Assembly: GCA_964504535.1 (NCBI GenBank)
Contig: CAZDED010000004.1
Location: 44,115-108,114 of the forward strand
Source of the DNA: an uncultured Gammaproteobacteria bacterium
GTDB lineage: Bacteria > Patescibacteriota > Microgenomatia > Levybacterales > GWA1-39-11
Length of the DNA stretch: 64,000 nucleotides
Reading direction: 5' to 3'
Part shown: in pieces, positions 9,988 to 20,092 of the stretch
How positions within the stretch are numbered: position 1 is the stretch's first letter
How the letters are laid out: every line of letters begins with the position of its first letter
The notes under the pieces: model-generated
What the model was told of the DNA's origin: nothing
The model's database searches: none
Seen by the model: the letters and a program-made list of their open reading frames with translations, nothing else
Made by a program: the position numbers and the translations under genes

Positions 9988-12684
9988 ATGCCGAATATAC
10001 AGTTAGTGGAGGAAAAGGAATCAAAGCTCCCCTTGTTTTGCATATATGGTGACGAAGAATTTCTTCAACAACATCTCGTGAACCAAATTACGAAGAAATT
10101 TCGAATAATTGTTATATCTAGTAAAAAGCCCACCTTTCTTGAAACCCTCCCAGAAATATACTTCCTCACCTATCAGGATGCCACCCTGCTACCGAAGATT
10201 GAAGAGACTATTGACTACGCGCTCGTCCTGTTGGCGGGGGAAAAAGCAGCTACTTTTTTGTCCCCCGTCATGTCAAAGTTTTCACTGGACAAAACAACCG
10301 TACTTTTTACCATTGACGTATTTGCTTTAGTAAAGAATTTGGAAGTTATAAGAGAGCACAAATCCAATCCCAATGTTAGAATCTCACTTCTGGGGGAACT
10401 TCTTGTACAGAAAGAGGGAAGTCAAAAAGGGCAGCTTTCGAAAATTATTGAGAATGTATTGTCAAACCACACAATTGATCTTCACGGAGACAATCTTTCA
10501 TCCATTTATCCAATTTCTGTAAAAGACGCTATTAGTGGAATTCTTAGATTGTTGTTGGGAAATTATAAAAATGGAATTATGCATTTCTTGTTTTATAAAA
10601 ATCCCGAGACAATACTTGCATTTTCACATGTGATTGCGCGAATCGATCCTGACATAAAAATTAATTTTTCCGATGAAAAAACAAATTCACTAACTATTTC
10701 CCGAGATGAAATAAAATCAATTCTCGTGACTCGCCTTCAAATACACGATGCATATATGGATACTGCATTCGAAGGATTTGAAAAAGCGATAACACCAATT
10801 CTCGAAGGAAAGGAATTATTACAGGACACCACAAAAGAAGGCAATCTTTCAAAAAGATCTAAAAAAGCGAAAAGAAGAAAAAAATTAATAGATTCTTTTC
10901 GTTTTACAATTCTCAGCTTGTTCTTTGGCACTTTTCTTTTTCTATTCATCAATCTCTTATGTTTTGGTTTGGGCCTTCTGTACCTTAGACAAGTTGTTCA
11001 AGATATTAAGTCTGACAATTTTAGAAATGTTGAAAAGAATGCAAGAATCTCAAATTACTTTTTAGCTGCTATCAAACCTACGACAAATATTACGTTTGAA
11101 ATAATCGGAAACATTGATGCATTTCAAAAATTAACAAACTCCTACATGTTCATCCAAAAAGCGGGAGAGCTCTCACGACTCACGGGCACAACAATGATAA
11201 CACTGTTTAACGGTAATATATTATCTGAACCAATACTTGCAACACTCACCTCAAATCTTTCGTTCCTATATCAAGAAGGGCAGAGGGTTACATTAGAAAC
11301 GGGGAACAAGGATATAGCTGCAAATCTCAAGCAAACATATTCGAAGCTTCTTAGTTTATCTGAAATTCTACCAACAATTCTTGGGTTCCGTGAAGAAAAA
11401 AACTATTTATTTTTATTTCAAAATAATGAGGAACTCCGCCCAACAGGAGGATTTATTGGTTCAATTGGAGACGCAGTCGTAAAAAACGGCAAAATTGAAA
11501 GCTTAACCATTCAGGACGTATACGAACTTGATGGACAGTTAAGAAACCACATCGAGCCTCCATATATTGTTAGACGATACCTCCAACCACATTTATATCT
11601 GAGAGACAGTAATTTTTCTCTCAACTTCCAGGAGTCAGCAAGCATGTCGGCCTTTCTCTATAATCTTGAAACGGGGAAAAAACCCGATGCGGTAATAGCA
11701 GTTGATCTGGAAGTCTTGAAGGAAATCTTGAAATTATCCGGTCCTATAAAATTGCCCACCTACAATGTCACTGTAACCAGCGATACTGTTTCTGATTTCA
11801 TACAGAGTACAATAAAAGAAAATTTCTTCCCAGGATCAACACAAAAAAGGGACATTCTCAACAATCTTTTTACCCAACTCATCCTAAAAACGACAACCGA
11901 TTCGAAATTCTATATTAAGATTGCAAAACTAATTCCTGACTTATTAGAGAGAAAAGATATTCTCATTTCATTTAGCGATAACTCTGTCCAAAAAGCTTTC
12001 TCTGCAAATGGGTATGGAGGAGAGTACAAGGACAGTAGGGTTAGCAACACAAAAAACATTAATGATTTCTTATATATAAATGAGGCAAATATCGGAGCAA
12101 ATAAAGTTAATGCATATATTTCGAGAGAGGTTACGTATGAAGCTATGCTAGAACAAGGAAGGGTAGCATCAAAAGCAAAATTGCGACTTACAAACACGAG
12201 CCATATAGACGGCTACAAAGTGTACATAAAATTTGCGGTTCCAAAGGGAAGCATCTTAAAGGAAATTTCAATTAATGGGGTAAAGCAACAAACCACTTCT
12301 GCCGTTACGGATTTTAGAATATACGAAGCAAGAAACTTCAAAAAATCAGAAAAATTGGAAGTAGAGCAGTACACTAAGGACAATTTTACGTATTTTGCTT
12401 TTGTTACCGAAGTACTTAAAGCTGAAAAAGCAGATATTGAAATTACTTATGATAATGGCGTATCAAAACCACTATCAACAATTGTAGATTATTCGTTACT
12501 ATACATTAAACAACCCGGAACAAAACCCTATCAAGTAACCACCGTTGTTGATTATCCAGAAGGCTATATACCTGTAAATACTTCTGCTGATTCTTTCGGT
12601 AAAAATTTTCTCGAGCAAACAACAATTGCAACCAAAGACTTCCAGAACAAAATTGAAATTCAAAAGGCTTCTGTGCAAAAATAA
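9988..12684 (+). CDS. Large membrane-anchored protein: ~300-aa cytoplasmic N-domain (Rossmann-like), one TM helix, ~560-aa extracytoplasmic domain (possibly DUF4012-like).
   Basis: 898-aa ORF; TM segment FTILSLFFGTFLFLFINLLCFGLGLLYL around residues 305-335; no catalytic motif recognised. The DUF4012 family assignment is uncertain. Confidence 0.45.
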   Translation: MPNIQLVEEKESKLPLFCIYGDEEFLQQHLVNQITKKFRIIVISSKKPTFLETLPEIYFLTYQDATLLPKIEETIDYALVLLAGEKAATFLSPVMSKFSLDKTTVLFTIDVFALVKNLEVIREHKSNPNVRISLLGELLVQKEGSQKGQLSKIIENVLSNHTIDLHGDNLSSIYPISVKDAISGILRLLLGNYKNGIMHFLFYKNPETILAFSHVIARIDPDIKINFSDEKTNSLTISRDEIKSILVTRLQIHDAYMDTAFEGFEKAITPILEGKELLQDTTKEGNLSKRSKKAKRRKKLIDSFRFTILSLFFGTFLFLFINLLCFGLGLLYLRQVVQDIKSDNFRNVEKNARISNYFLAAIKPTTNITFEIIGNIDAFQKLTNSYMFIQKAGELSRLTGTTMITLFNGNILSEPILATLTSNLSFLYQEGQRVTLETGNKDIAANLKQTYSKLLSLSEILPTILGFREEKNYLFLFQNNEELRPTGGFIGSIGDAVVKNGKIESLTIQDVYELDGQLRNHIEPPYIVRRYLQPHLYLRDSNFSLNFQESASMSAFLYNLETGKKPDAVIAVDLEVLKEILKLSGPIKLPTYNVTVTSDTVSDFIQSTIKENFFPGSTQKRDILNNLFTQLILKTTTDSKFYIKIAKLIPDLLERKDILISFSDNSVQKAFSANGYGGEYKDSRVSNTKNINDFLYINEANIGANKVNAYISREVTYEAMLEQGRVASKAKLRLTNTSHIDGYKVYIKFAVPKGSILKEISINGVKQQTTSAVTDFRIYEARNFKKSEKLEVEQYTKDNFTYFAFVTEVLKAEKADIEITYDNGVSKPLSTIVDYSLLYIKQPGTKPYQVTTVVDYPEGYIPVNTSADSFGKNFLEQTTIATKDFQNKIEIQKASVQK

Positions 12685-12710
12685 GGAGATATCTCTTTTG
12701 TGATACAATC

Positions 12711-14960
12711 ATGTTTACTAAAAAACAGTACTCAAAAGCCCCAATGAAAAAAGCAAAAAAGCATTTAACCCATCCGTTCCGTATGTTTTTAAAAGTTGTT
12801 AAGAAACCATCGATACTTGTTAAAAATAAATGGCTGTTGATAAGCTATGTTCTCTTAGCAATTCCCATTACTCTAGTAGCTGTTGCGATACTTCTCGTCT
12901 TAAAAGACGTGCCGAGGGCAACAGTAATCGGAAGCAATAGCTTTCCTCAGTCAAGCAAGATCTATTCTAGAGATGGCAAATTGCTTTATACGATTTATGC
13001 AAGCAAGAATCAGACATTCGTTTCGTTAAACAGAATCCCAAAATATTTACAGCAAGCAACAATATCAATTGAAGATAAAAATTTCTATAATCACGGTGCA
13101 ATTGACATCAAGGGAATAGCCCGCGCAGCTTATGTGACTCTTTCTCATAAATCAGTTCAAGGTGGATCCACAATTACTCAGCAGCTTGTCAGAAATTCAC
13201 TTCTGACACTTGATCGAACAATCACAAGAAAGGTCAAAGAGGTATTGCTTTCGTTTGTTGTAGAATCGATTTATTCCAAAAATAGAATCTTGGAGATGTA
13301 TCTTAACCAAGTCTCATATGGTGGAACCGCATGGGGAGTAGAAGCAGCGTCACAAATTTATTTCGGCAAAGATGTCTCTAAATTAACTCTTTCAGAAAGC
13401 GCCTTTCTAGCTGGTTTACCACAGGCACCAAGCGTATATTCTCCGTTTGGTTCTCATCCTGAAAATGGGAAAGGGAGACAGCTTCAGGTTCTGCAGGCAA
13501 TGAAAGACTCAGGATACATAACGAAAGAGCAGCAGGAAAAAGCAAAGAACGAAGAACTCGTGTTTAACCAAATTCAGGATACTATAGTTGCTCCGCATTT
13601 TGTATTTTTCATCAAAGATCTTCTTGTACAACAATATGGTGAAAAAATGGTTGAGCAAGGAGGCCTTACTGTCACAACGTCTTTAGACCTTGATGTGCAA
13701 AAAATCGCTGAAGATGCGATTGCCACCGAAGAGGCAACCCTCACGGGTAAAAATTGGTATAACGCCGCAAGCATGGTAACTAGGCCAGGAACTGGGGAGG
13801 TCTTAGCCATGGTTGGGAGTAGAAATTATTTCGATACCGAAAGAGACGGGAATGTGAATGTCGCAATTTCAAAAAGGCAACCAGGATCATCAATCAAACC
13901 TATCAACTATGCGACAGGACTTATAAAAGGGTATACCGCGGCAACCCCATTTGTCGATCAAAAGACATGTTTTCCAAACCCCACTGGCGCTGCTTATTGT
14001 CCTCTCAACTATGACCTTAAGTTTCATGGTGTACAACAAATGAGATATGCTCTGGCAAATTCTTTTAATATTCCCGCTGTCAAAATGCTCAAACTAAATG
14101 GTCTTGAAGCCATGATCTCAACTGCGTCAGCAATGGGTATCAATTCATTTACTGACCCTGAAAGGTATGGACTCTCTCTGACCCTTGGTGGAGGAGAGGT
14201 AACAATGGTGGAGATGACTGAAGCTTATGGCGTATTTGCAAATTCAGGGTACAAAATTGGTCTTCATCCAATACTTAAGGTCACTGACTCGAAGGGAAAG
14301 ACGATACAGCAATATAAGCCAGTAGAAAGCCCCCTTCTGGGGAAAAAGGTTTTGCCAGATGGGGTTGCCTATATTATCTCGAATATCCTTTCTGATAATG
14401 GAGCAAGAAGCGCCTCTTTTGGAAGTAATTCCCCACTTAACATAAAAGGTCAGACAATCTCTGTTAAGACGGGTACAACAAACGACTATAGAGATAACTG
14501 GACAATCGGATACACTCCTTCTTTTGTCGTTGCTACATGGGTTGGCAACAATGACAACAAACCACTCCAGGGAGTAGTTTCAGGTGTTACAGGAGCAGCT
14601 CCGATATGGCACCAAATAATGGCAAAACTCCTAGAGGGAAAACCTGCCGAGACACTTAACAAGCCAGATAATGTTATCGGAGCGACTATTTGCTCAACAT
14701 CAGGCCTGCTGCCACAGCCTGCTGGCTCGCCATATGTATGCCCAACACGATATGAATATTTTATAAAAGGTACAATTCCAAGAACTGTTGATCCTGGACT
14801 CAAAAAAGTCTTTGTCGATAAATCAACTCAAATGCTTGCGCCGGCTGGAAAAACTGATAACGTCGAGGAGAGAGATGCCGCAATCGTAACCGATCCCACG
14901 GGGGATTCATATTGCACGACTTGTCCTCAACCTCAAGAACCTACTCCTACCCCTCACTAG
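12711..14960 (+). CDS. Class A penicillin-binding protein (bifunctional glycosyltransferase GT51 plus transpeptidase), PBP1A-like.
   Basis: GT51 motifs EDKNFYNHGAIDIKGIARA and GGSTITQQLVRN; transpeptidase SxxK (SSIK), SxN and KTGTT motifs; N-terminal TM anchor. Confidence 0.9.
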   Translation: MFTKKQYSKAPMKKAKKHLTHPFRMFLKVVKKPSILVKNKWLLISYVLLAIPITLVAVAILLVLKDVPRATVIGSNSFPQSSKIYSRDGKLLYTIYASKNQTFVSLNRIPKYLQQATISIEDKNFYNHGAIDIKGIARAAYVTLSHKSVQGGSTITQQLVRNSLLTLDRTITRKVKEVLLSFVVESIYSKNRILEMYLNQVSYGGTAWGVEAASQIYFGKDVSKLTLSESAFLAGLPQAPSVYSPFGSHPENGKGRQLQVLQAMKDSGYITKEQQEKAKNEELVFNQIQDTIVAPHFVFFIKDLLVQQYGEKMVEQGGLTVTTSLDLDVQKIAEDAIATEEATLTGKNWYNAASMVTRPGTGEVLAMVGSRNYFDTERDGNVNVAISKRQPGSSIKPINYATGLIKGYTAATPFVDQKTCFPNPTGAAYCPLNYDLKFHGVQQMRYALANSFNIPAVKMLKLNGLEAMISTASAMGINSFTDPERYGLSLTLGGGEVTMVEMTEAYGVFANSGYKIGLHPILKVTDSKGKTIQQYKPVESPLLGKKVLPDGVAYIISNILSDNGARSASFGSNSPLNIKGQTISVKTGTTNDYRDNWTIGYTPSFVVATWVGNNDNKPLQGVVSGVTGAAPIWHQIMAKLLEGKPAETLNKPDNVIGATICSTSGLLPQPAGSPYVCPTRYEYFIKGTIPRTVDPGLKKVFVDKSTQMLAPAGKTDNVEERDAAIVTDPTGDSYCTTCPQPQEPTPTPH

Positions 14961-16197
14961 AATCGATGTTAGAAAAACAAAGTCCAACCATAATCGCAGC
15001 TAGAAGTTGACCCTGTTGTAGAGAAAGAAAATAGTGATCAAAAATTCCACAAATTCCAACACACACCACAATAATTGAAACAAACCAGTAAAAATACTCT
15101 GATTTTTTGGTGCTTAAAGATTTTCTTAAACTAAAAATTAACTTCTTTGTAAAATAAATTAAGACTATCAAACCCATAATCCCAGTCTGAGAAATCCAAT
15201 AGAGATAAATGTTATGAACAGGCTGTAACAGTATTGGACTCAGTGTTTTTTGATACAGAATTTCGCTATAGAAGAAGTTATTTAATCCCGTTCCAAAAAT
15301 AAGATTTGTAAAAAAAACTTTTAGTGCAATTTCTATTAATTCCATTCTTAATATCAAATCTCTAATAAGAGTAACCTCGAATCTTTGAAAAAGGAGAATA
15401 CATATGATAAAAAGTCCCAATAAGATTGCTAGAATACTTCTTACACCTCTTGGTTTTATTTTAAAAAGAAGAATTCCAATTAACAGCAAAATAACTATTC
15501 TTGAAAAGGTTAAGAAGATCCCAATGCCTATTGCTATTAACGCTATGATCTTAATATAGCGCGAGATTGCCCTCCGGAATTCAGTGGAAAAGAGTAACCA
15601 AACAAAAACAAACAGAAGGAAAAAGGCAACAACGTTTGGATGTGGAAACGTTCCATACGCTCTTAATATATCTACACCAGCAATTTGAAATGTTGCAATC
15701 CCTGGAGTTGATGAATTAAAAGTTCGTTCTCCCAAAAAATAAAATAGTCCTCCCAATGAATGCTGCGAGACAAACTGAAAAAAAATGATAACAGTTTCAA
15801 CTAGCGCTCCAAGGATAAAAATAAACAACACACTATCAATATCTTTTCTTTTAAAACATTGAGAAACAAATAGTCCAATGTATATAAATTCCAGAAGCTT
15901 TATAGTTCCGAAAATTGCAGCATAAATGTTTGTGGCAAAATATATCGAACCAATCAAACTAATGATAAAAAACACCCCCAATTTTGATAAAAATAGTTTG
16001 GCAAATCTTGCCCGTAAAGAACGGAATGAAACGACAAAGAGAAAAATGAAACAGATATCGCTTATGTACAAGGTGGGAGAGAGATAATCAATTCGAATTC
16101 CTTGAACGAATGAAAAGTACGGCCAGAAATGTTTACCTAATTGTATTGGGAGAGTTGCGAGTAGTGAAAAAAAAGCTATTCTTTGAAACCGGCTCAC
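14947..16197 (-). CDS. O-antigen ligase/polymerase family (Wzy_C) membrane protein.
   Basis: About 10-12 TM helices; conserved PHPN and VHNIYL motifs typical of the Wzy_C/O-antigen ligase domain. Confidence 0.55.
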   Translation of the reverse strand: MSRFQRIAFFSLLATLPIQLGKHFWPYFSFVQGIRIDYLSPTLYISDICFIFLFVVSFRSLRARFAKLFLSKLGVFFIISLIGSIYFATNIYAAIFGTIKLLEFIYIGLFVSQCFKRKDIDSVLFIFILGALVETVIIFFQFVSQHSLGGLFYFLGERTFNSSTPGIATFQIAGVDILRAYGTFPHPNVVAFFLLFVFVWLLFSTEFRRAISRYIKIIALIAIGIGIFLTFSRIVILLLIGILLFKIKPRGVRSILAILLGLFIICILLFQRFEVTLIRDLILRMELIEIALKVFFTNLIFGTGLNNFFYSEILYQKTLSPILLQPVHNIYLYWISQTGIMGLIVLIYFTKKLIFSLRKSLSTKKSEYFYWFVSIIVVCVGICGIFDHYFLSLQQGQLLAAIMVGLCFSNIDSSEG

Positions 16198-16664
16198 TTC
16201 TTTTTGATGACTAATGTTCTGTCACGATCTTCGCCAATTGATTCTGTCATAACGTCTGCGTCTTCAGAAAGATGCATATGAAGATATCTTCTTTCCCAAG
16301 GCTTTAAACCTCTAACCTGCTTCTCATAACCTGAAGTAATTACTTCTTCTTTCAATTTATCAGCAAGCTCAGATAAATATTGTTCACGCTCAGCCCGATA
16401 GCTACCTATTTCAATGGTTGTTCTCTTAAATTCTCCTAGCTTGTTAGCAACAATAAGATTAACAATTAATTCTAATGAGGCCAGGGTGTTCCCGTGTTTT
16501 CCAATCAGAAGTGCATTATCTTCTGAGGCATCAAGAACAATTGTGTAGCCGTCATCATTGCTCTCCACATTAATGCTTGATTTAACTCCAATTTGAGAAA
16601 GTAATTTTTCTACTTCCTTTTCTATAATTTTAACTTCTTTTTCCATGTTTGGTTTTTTTGTCAC
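16194..16664 (-). CDS. khpB: Jag/KhpB RNA-binding protein (KH + R3H domains).
   Basis: LLIGKHGNTLASLE (KH) and C-terminal R3H-like ERRYLHMHLSED; conserved position downstream of yidC. Confidence 0.8.
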   Translation of the reverse strand: MTKKPNMEKEVKIIEKEVEKLLSQIGVKSSINVESNDDGYTIVLDASEDNALLIGKHGNTLASLELIVNLIVANKLGEFKRTTIEIGSYRAEREQYLSELADKLKEEVITSGYEKQVRGLKPWERRYLHMHLSEDADVMTESIGEDRDRTLVIKKK

Positions 16665-17490
16665 TTACTGCTTTTATAGTTTTTTTTGCATAGAATTTTT
16701 CAGCAAACTTTTGCCATTGCTTTAGGCCACCGAGACCTACTAAAAAGTACTGCTGAAGTATACCAAAAATTGTGAAAGCATTCCAGTACAAAGAGAGTCC
16801 GAAAGGCAGTTGAAAAGAGAATACACCAATCATGATTGGGAATATAAAAAGTGATTGTTTTGCAAACGTTGCTTGAAAGTCATCTTGCTTGCCAGTTGGT
16901 GCAACTTCAGGCGCCATCATCTTTGAAAATATAAGCTGTAGCACAGCAGTTAGAGCAGGGACCAACACTATTAAAGGCATGTCTTTCATGAGATGGGAAG
17001 GGGACTGGGCGAGTGGAATTCCAAAAAAAGTTGTTTCCCAAAGACGGGTCAATTTTAACCCATCAGAATACATAAGACTATTTATTTCTTTAAGTTTTAC
17101 AATAGAATTTGCATTAACTACGGTACTTAACACATGATAAAGACCCCAGATGATAGGTATTTGAATAATGACTGGAAGACATCCCGCAGCTGGATTTACG
17201 CCAAACTCTGAGTATAGCTTCATCATTTCTTCCTGCTGTTTCTTTTTGTCATCCTTATGCTTTGCTTTTAGGTTAGAGATATGGGGAGCCATATCCTGCA
17301 TTTTCTTGCTTGTTTTGATCTGTGAAGCCGTAAAAGGGTAAAGTACTAACCTAATGATAAATGTGAGAAGAATAATCGAAAACCCTAACGCGAATGGTAC
17401 ATGAAGAAATGCAAGAAGTTGATAACATCCAACCAAAAGATTTGTAATCGGTTGAGTTAAAAGTATGGTGAAAATTGCTCCGATATCCAT
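16630..17490 (-). CDS. yidC: Membrane protein insertase YidC/Oxa1 (short form).
   Basis: Five-TM core with a conserved LP..IQIPI.WGLY-like motif; sits in the rnpA-yidC-jag synteny. Confidence 0.85.
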   Translation of the reverse strand: MDIGAIFTILLTQPITNLLVGCYQLLAFLHVPFALGFSIILLTFIIRLVLYPFTASQIKTSKKMQDMAPHISNLKAKHKDDKKKQQEEMMKLYSEFGVNPAAGCLPVIIQIPIIWGLYHVLSTVVNANSIVKLKEINSLMYSDGLKLTRLWETTFFGIPLAQSPSHLMKDMPLIVLVPALTAVLQLIFSKMMAPEVAPTGKQDDFQATFAKQSLFIFPIMIGVFSFQLPFGLSLYWNAFTIFGILQQYFLVGLGGLKQWQKFAEKFYAKKTIKAVSDKKTKHGKRS

Positions 17491-17491
17491 A

Positions 17492-17806
17492 TTATATGTT
17501 TATTTCTTTCAACGCTTTAACTATTGTCTCTTTAGTTTTTTCAGGTTCTGAATCGTTAATTTGTCTTTTTATAAAAAAAACTAAGTCAAATTTTTTATCT
17601 TTGGGCAAAATTTCTCTCAGTATTTCGTTAATTTGTCTCTTAATTCTATTGCGAACGACTGCCCTCTTATCGACTTTTTTCCCTACAACTACCGAACAAT
17701 GCAATTGGTCGTGATTGTTATCATACCTGATAACAAAAAGTGGTGTAGCAAAAATTCGCCTTGGCGCACCCTTCCTAAAGGAAAATCTGTGACTCCTGTC
17801 TAGCAT
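17492..17806 (-). CDS. rnpA: Ribonuclease P protein component.
   Basis: RNase P protein motifs (R..F..V...G..F..........R..VGKKV.KRAV.RNRIKR.I.E) and synteny. Confidence 0.85.
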   Translation of the reverse strand: MLDRSHRFSFRKGAPRRIFATPLFVIRYDNNHDQLHCSVVVGKKVDKRAVVRNRIKRQINEILREILPKDKKFDLVFFIKRQINDSEPEKTKETIVKALKEINI

Positions 17807-17937
17807 TAGAGAGTTTTACGACCCTTTTGTCTTCGTCTTTTAATAAGCTTACTGCCTCCAAGAGTCTTGAGTCTCCCCAAAAAGCCATGCTTTTTCTGTC
17901 CTTTCAGCTTGTTATTTTTTGTCATCCGTTCAGACAT
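17806..17937 (-). CDS. rpmH: 50S ribosomal protein L34. It is not in the supplied ORF track because it falls below the length cut-off.
   Basis: Manual translation of the minus strand gives MSERMTKNNKLKGQKKHGFLGRLKTLGGSKLIKRRRQKGRKTL. Its stop TAA shares one nt with the rnpA ATG (TAATG), the classical rpmH-rnpA overlap. An alternative start lies at 17925. Confidence 0.8.
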   Translation of the reverse strand: MSERMTKNNKLKGQKKHGFLGRLKTLGGSKLIKRRRQKGRKTL

Positions 17938-18023
17938 TTCATTATTATACTGTACGGTGAACCCAAACTCAACATAACTTTTGTCCTATTGAATAAAAAA
18001 TCGTTTTCTTCTACTATGAATAT

Positions 18024-19109
18024 ATGGTTCGCGTTGCAATTAACGGCTATGGCCGCATCGGAAGAGTAGCTCACAGGATAATTATTGAGAAGTTTGGTGA
18101 TGAGATTGAGATTGTAGCGGTTAACGCTGGCTCATCAACAGACATGCAAGGGTGGATGTATTTGCTTAAATTTGACACGATGTACCATGAGCTTGTTCAT
18201 CATGCTCTTTTTATTCAAAAACCAGAAGAAGTTGAGGCAAAATATTCCTTAGAAACAATTGGAGCGCTTGTAGTTGATGAGAAAGTCATCCCATTCTTTT
18301 CAGAAAGAGATCCTTCAAAGCTTCCCTGGAGAGATTTAAATGTTGATGTAGTCATTGAATCAACCGGAGCGTTTACAACCCCTGAAAAGATTCAACCCCA
18401 TATTGATGCTGGTGCAAAATCAGTTATCCTTTCTGCCCCATTTAAAGACGAACAAAGCGCTGCTACCTATGTGCTAGGCGTAAATCTTAATAATCAAGAC
18501 GGTGAAAAACTTGAGAACGTGGTCAGTAACGCTTCTTGTACGACAAATTGCATCGCGCCTGTTGCGGCTATTATTGAAGAAACTTTTGGAATTGAAAAGG
18601 CAATGATGACGACAATTCATGGATACACATCGGACCAAAATGTGCACGATGGAGGACATAAGGACTATAGACGTGCCCGTGCGGCTGCTCAGAATATCAT
18701 CCCTACTTCATCAGGTGCCACAATAGCAGCAGCAAAGGCTATCCCCTCACTACAAGGCATTTTCAATGGGCTAGCAATTCGTGTTCCAGTTGCAGTAGGG
18801 TCTCTATCTGACTTTACATTTTTACTTAAAAGAGATGTCACTGTTGATGAGGTAAATGGGGCACTCAAACAAGCTTCTGAAAATCCTCGCTGGAAGGGCA
18901 TATTTACTGTTACTAACGATCCATTAGTATCAAGTGATATAATCGGTAATTCACACTCCTCTATAGCTGATTTGTCGCTAACACAGGTAGTTGCAGGAAA
19001 TATGTTAAAAATAATTGCATGGTACGACAATGAATTTGGGTATTCTAATAGACTCGTTGAAGAGACTCTAATTCTAGGTCGCAAAGCACAAGGAACTCCT
19101 CAAAGTTAA
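18024..19109 (+). CDS. gap: Glyceraldehyde-3-phosphate dehydrogenase.
   Basis: NGYGRIGR NAD-binding start and SNASCTTNC active-site cysteine motif. Confidence 0.9.
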   Translation: MVRVAINGYGRIGRVAHRIIIEKFGDEIEIVAVNAGSSTDMQGWMYLLKFDTMYHELVHHALFIQKPEEVEAKYSLETIGALVVDEKVIPFFSERDPSKLPWRDLNVDVVIESTGAFTTPEKIQPHIDAGAKSVILSAPFKDEQSAATYVLGVNLNNQDGEKLENVVSNASCTTNCIAPVAAIIEETFGIEKAMMTTIHGYTSDQNVHDGGHKDYRRARAAAQNIIPTSSGATIAAAKAIPSLQGIFNGLAIRVPVAVGSLSDFTFLLKRDVTVDEVNGALKQASENPRWKGIFTVTNDPLVSSDIIGNSHSSIADLSLTQVVAGNMLKIIAWYDNEFGYSNRLVEETLILGRKAQGTPQS

Positions 19110-19115
19110 TTATTT

Positions 19116-19685
19116 ATGAATCCAAAAGATCTTGGCTCTATCCGAAATATTACCATTTCTGGAAGAATAGGGAGTGGAGCAACAACCCTTGCTGCGCATC
19201 TTGCTGAAACATTGCATTGGGAAATGCTTGATGGTGGGAAATTGTTTCGTGAATTTACAAAAGATAATGGATTTGCAAAAGACCGATCAGATCAATTTGA
19301 CCTCGATTATGAAGAGAAGGTAAAAAATAAGTTGAGAAATGAGTCTCATAACATAATTCAAAGTCACCTTGCTGGATTTGATGCCCAAGGAATTGAGGGA
19401 ATATTTAAAATTTTTGTAGTAGTTGAGGAGGACGGCATAGACAAAACAGACGTAAGAATTGACCGATTGGTAAACAGGGACGGAATGCATGTAGAAGATG
19501 CAAAAAATGAAGTAAAAGAACGTGATATTCAAAACCTCGACAAATGGAGAAGACTGTATGCAAATAGTGATCCGAATTGGTTTTATTGGGATAAAAAATA
19601 TTATGACATCATCATAAACACTTTTAAGCTTAATCAGTCAGACGCACTCGCTACCGTTCTTGAGGCAATCGGTTATTCTAGTTAA
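19116..19685 (+). CDS. Cytidylate-kinase-like P-loop NTPase (AAA_17 / Cytidylate_kin2 family).
   Basis: Walker A ISGRIGSGATTLA; about 190 aa with family-typical length and composition. Confidence 0.55.
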   Translation: MNPKDLGSIRNITISGRIGSGATTLAAHLAETLHWEMLDGGKLFREFTKDNGFAKDRSDQFDLDYEEKVKNKLRNESHNIIQSHLAGFDAQGIEGIFKIFVVVEEDGIDKTDVRIDRLVNRDGMHVEDAKNEVKERDIQNLDKWRRLYANSDPNWFYWDKKYYDIIINTFKLNQSDALATVLEAIGYSS

Positions 19686-20047
19686 AATCCAGACACATTT
19701 TCTAAATGTTCGATTGATAAGACTTCATTTCCCCACACCATAACCCCAATTGCATCAATTCTCATTTCGTCCGGTAAATGCGGGTGGAGTATATATTTAT
19801 AAAAGTTTGCTCCTTTAATAAGAAGCTTCAATTTGTGAGCGGAAATGGCCTCAAAAGGAGTCCCATACTTGCTTGAAGATCGAGTTTTAACTTCAACAAA
19901 CACTAAGGTTTGGCCATTTAGAGCGATGATATCAATTTCCCCATATCCCTTCCTAAAATTACGCTCTAGAATTCTATACCCCTTCTTTACTAGAAATTTA
20001 CAGGCTTCGTCTTCTCCAAAAACTGCCGTTGGATTAGTAATTCTCAC
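19682..20047 (-). CDS. YraN-family (UPF0102) predicted endonuclease.
   Basis: GE.A..FL...GY.IL.RN.R...GEIDIIA......LVFVEVK.R motif of the YraN family. Confidence 0.75.
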   Translation of the reverse strand: MRITNPTAVFGEDEACKFLVKKGYRILERNFRKGYGEIDIIALNGQTLVFVEVKTRSSSKYGTPFEAISAHKLKLLIKGANFYKYILHPHLPDEMRIDAIGVMVWGNEVLSIEHLENVSGF

Positions 20048-20092
20048 ATCTCCATTCTACTAACTTCTAACTATTAACTACTAGATAACAAT

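Noticed and set aside
14486-14803. 105-aa minus-strand ORF inside the PBP gene, sharing HIGAAPV...LLPTHVAT with the 170-aa plus-strand ORF at 20124..20636.
   Set aside because: Both are antisense shadow ORFs of the conserved transpeptidase region (GAAPIWH / GNNDN) of the two class A PBPs. Their similarity is a mirror of PBP conservation, not a repeated gene.
17827-18069. 80-aa plus-strand ORF between rnpA and gap.
   Set aside because: Antisense to the manually identified rpmH; no coding features.
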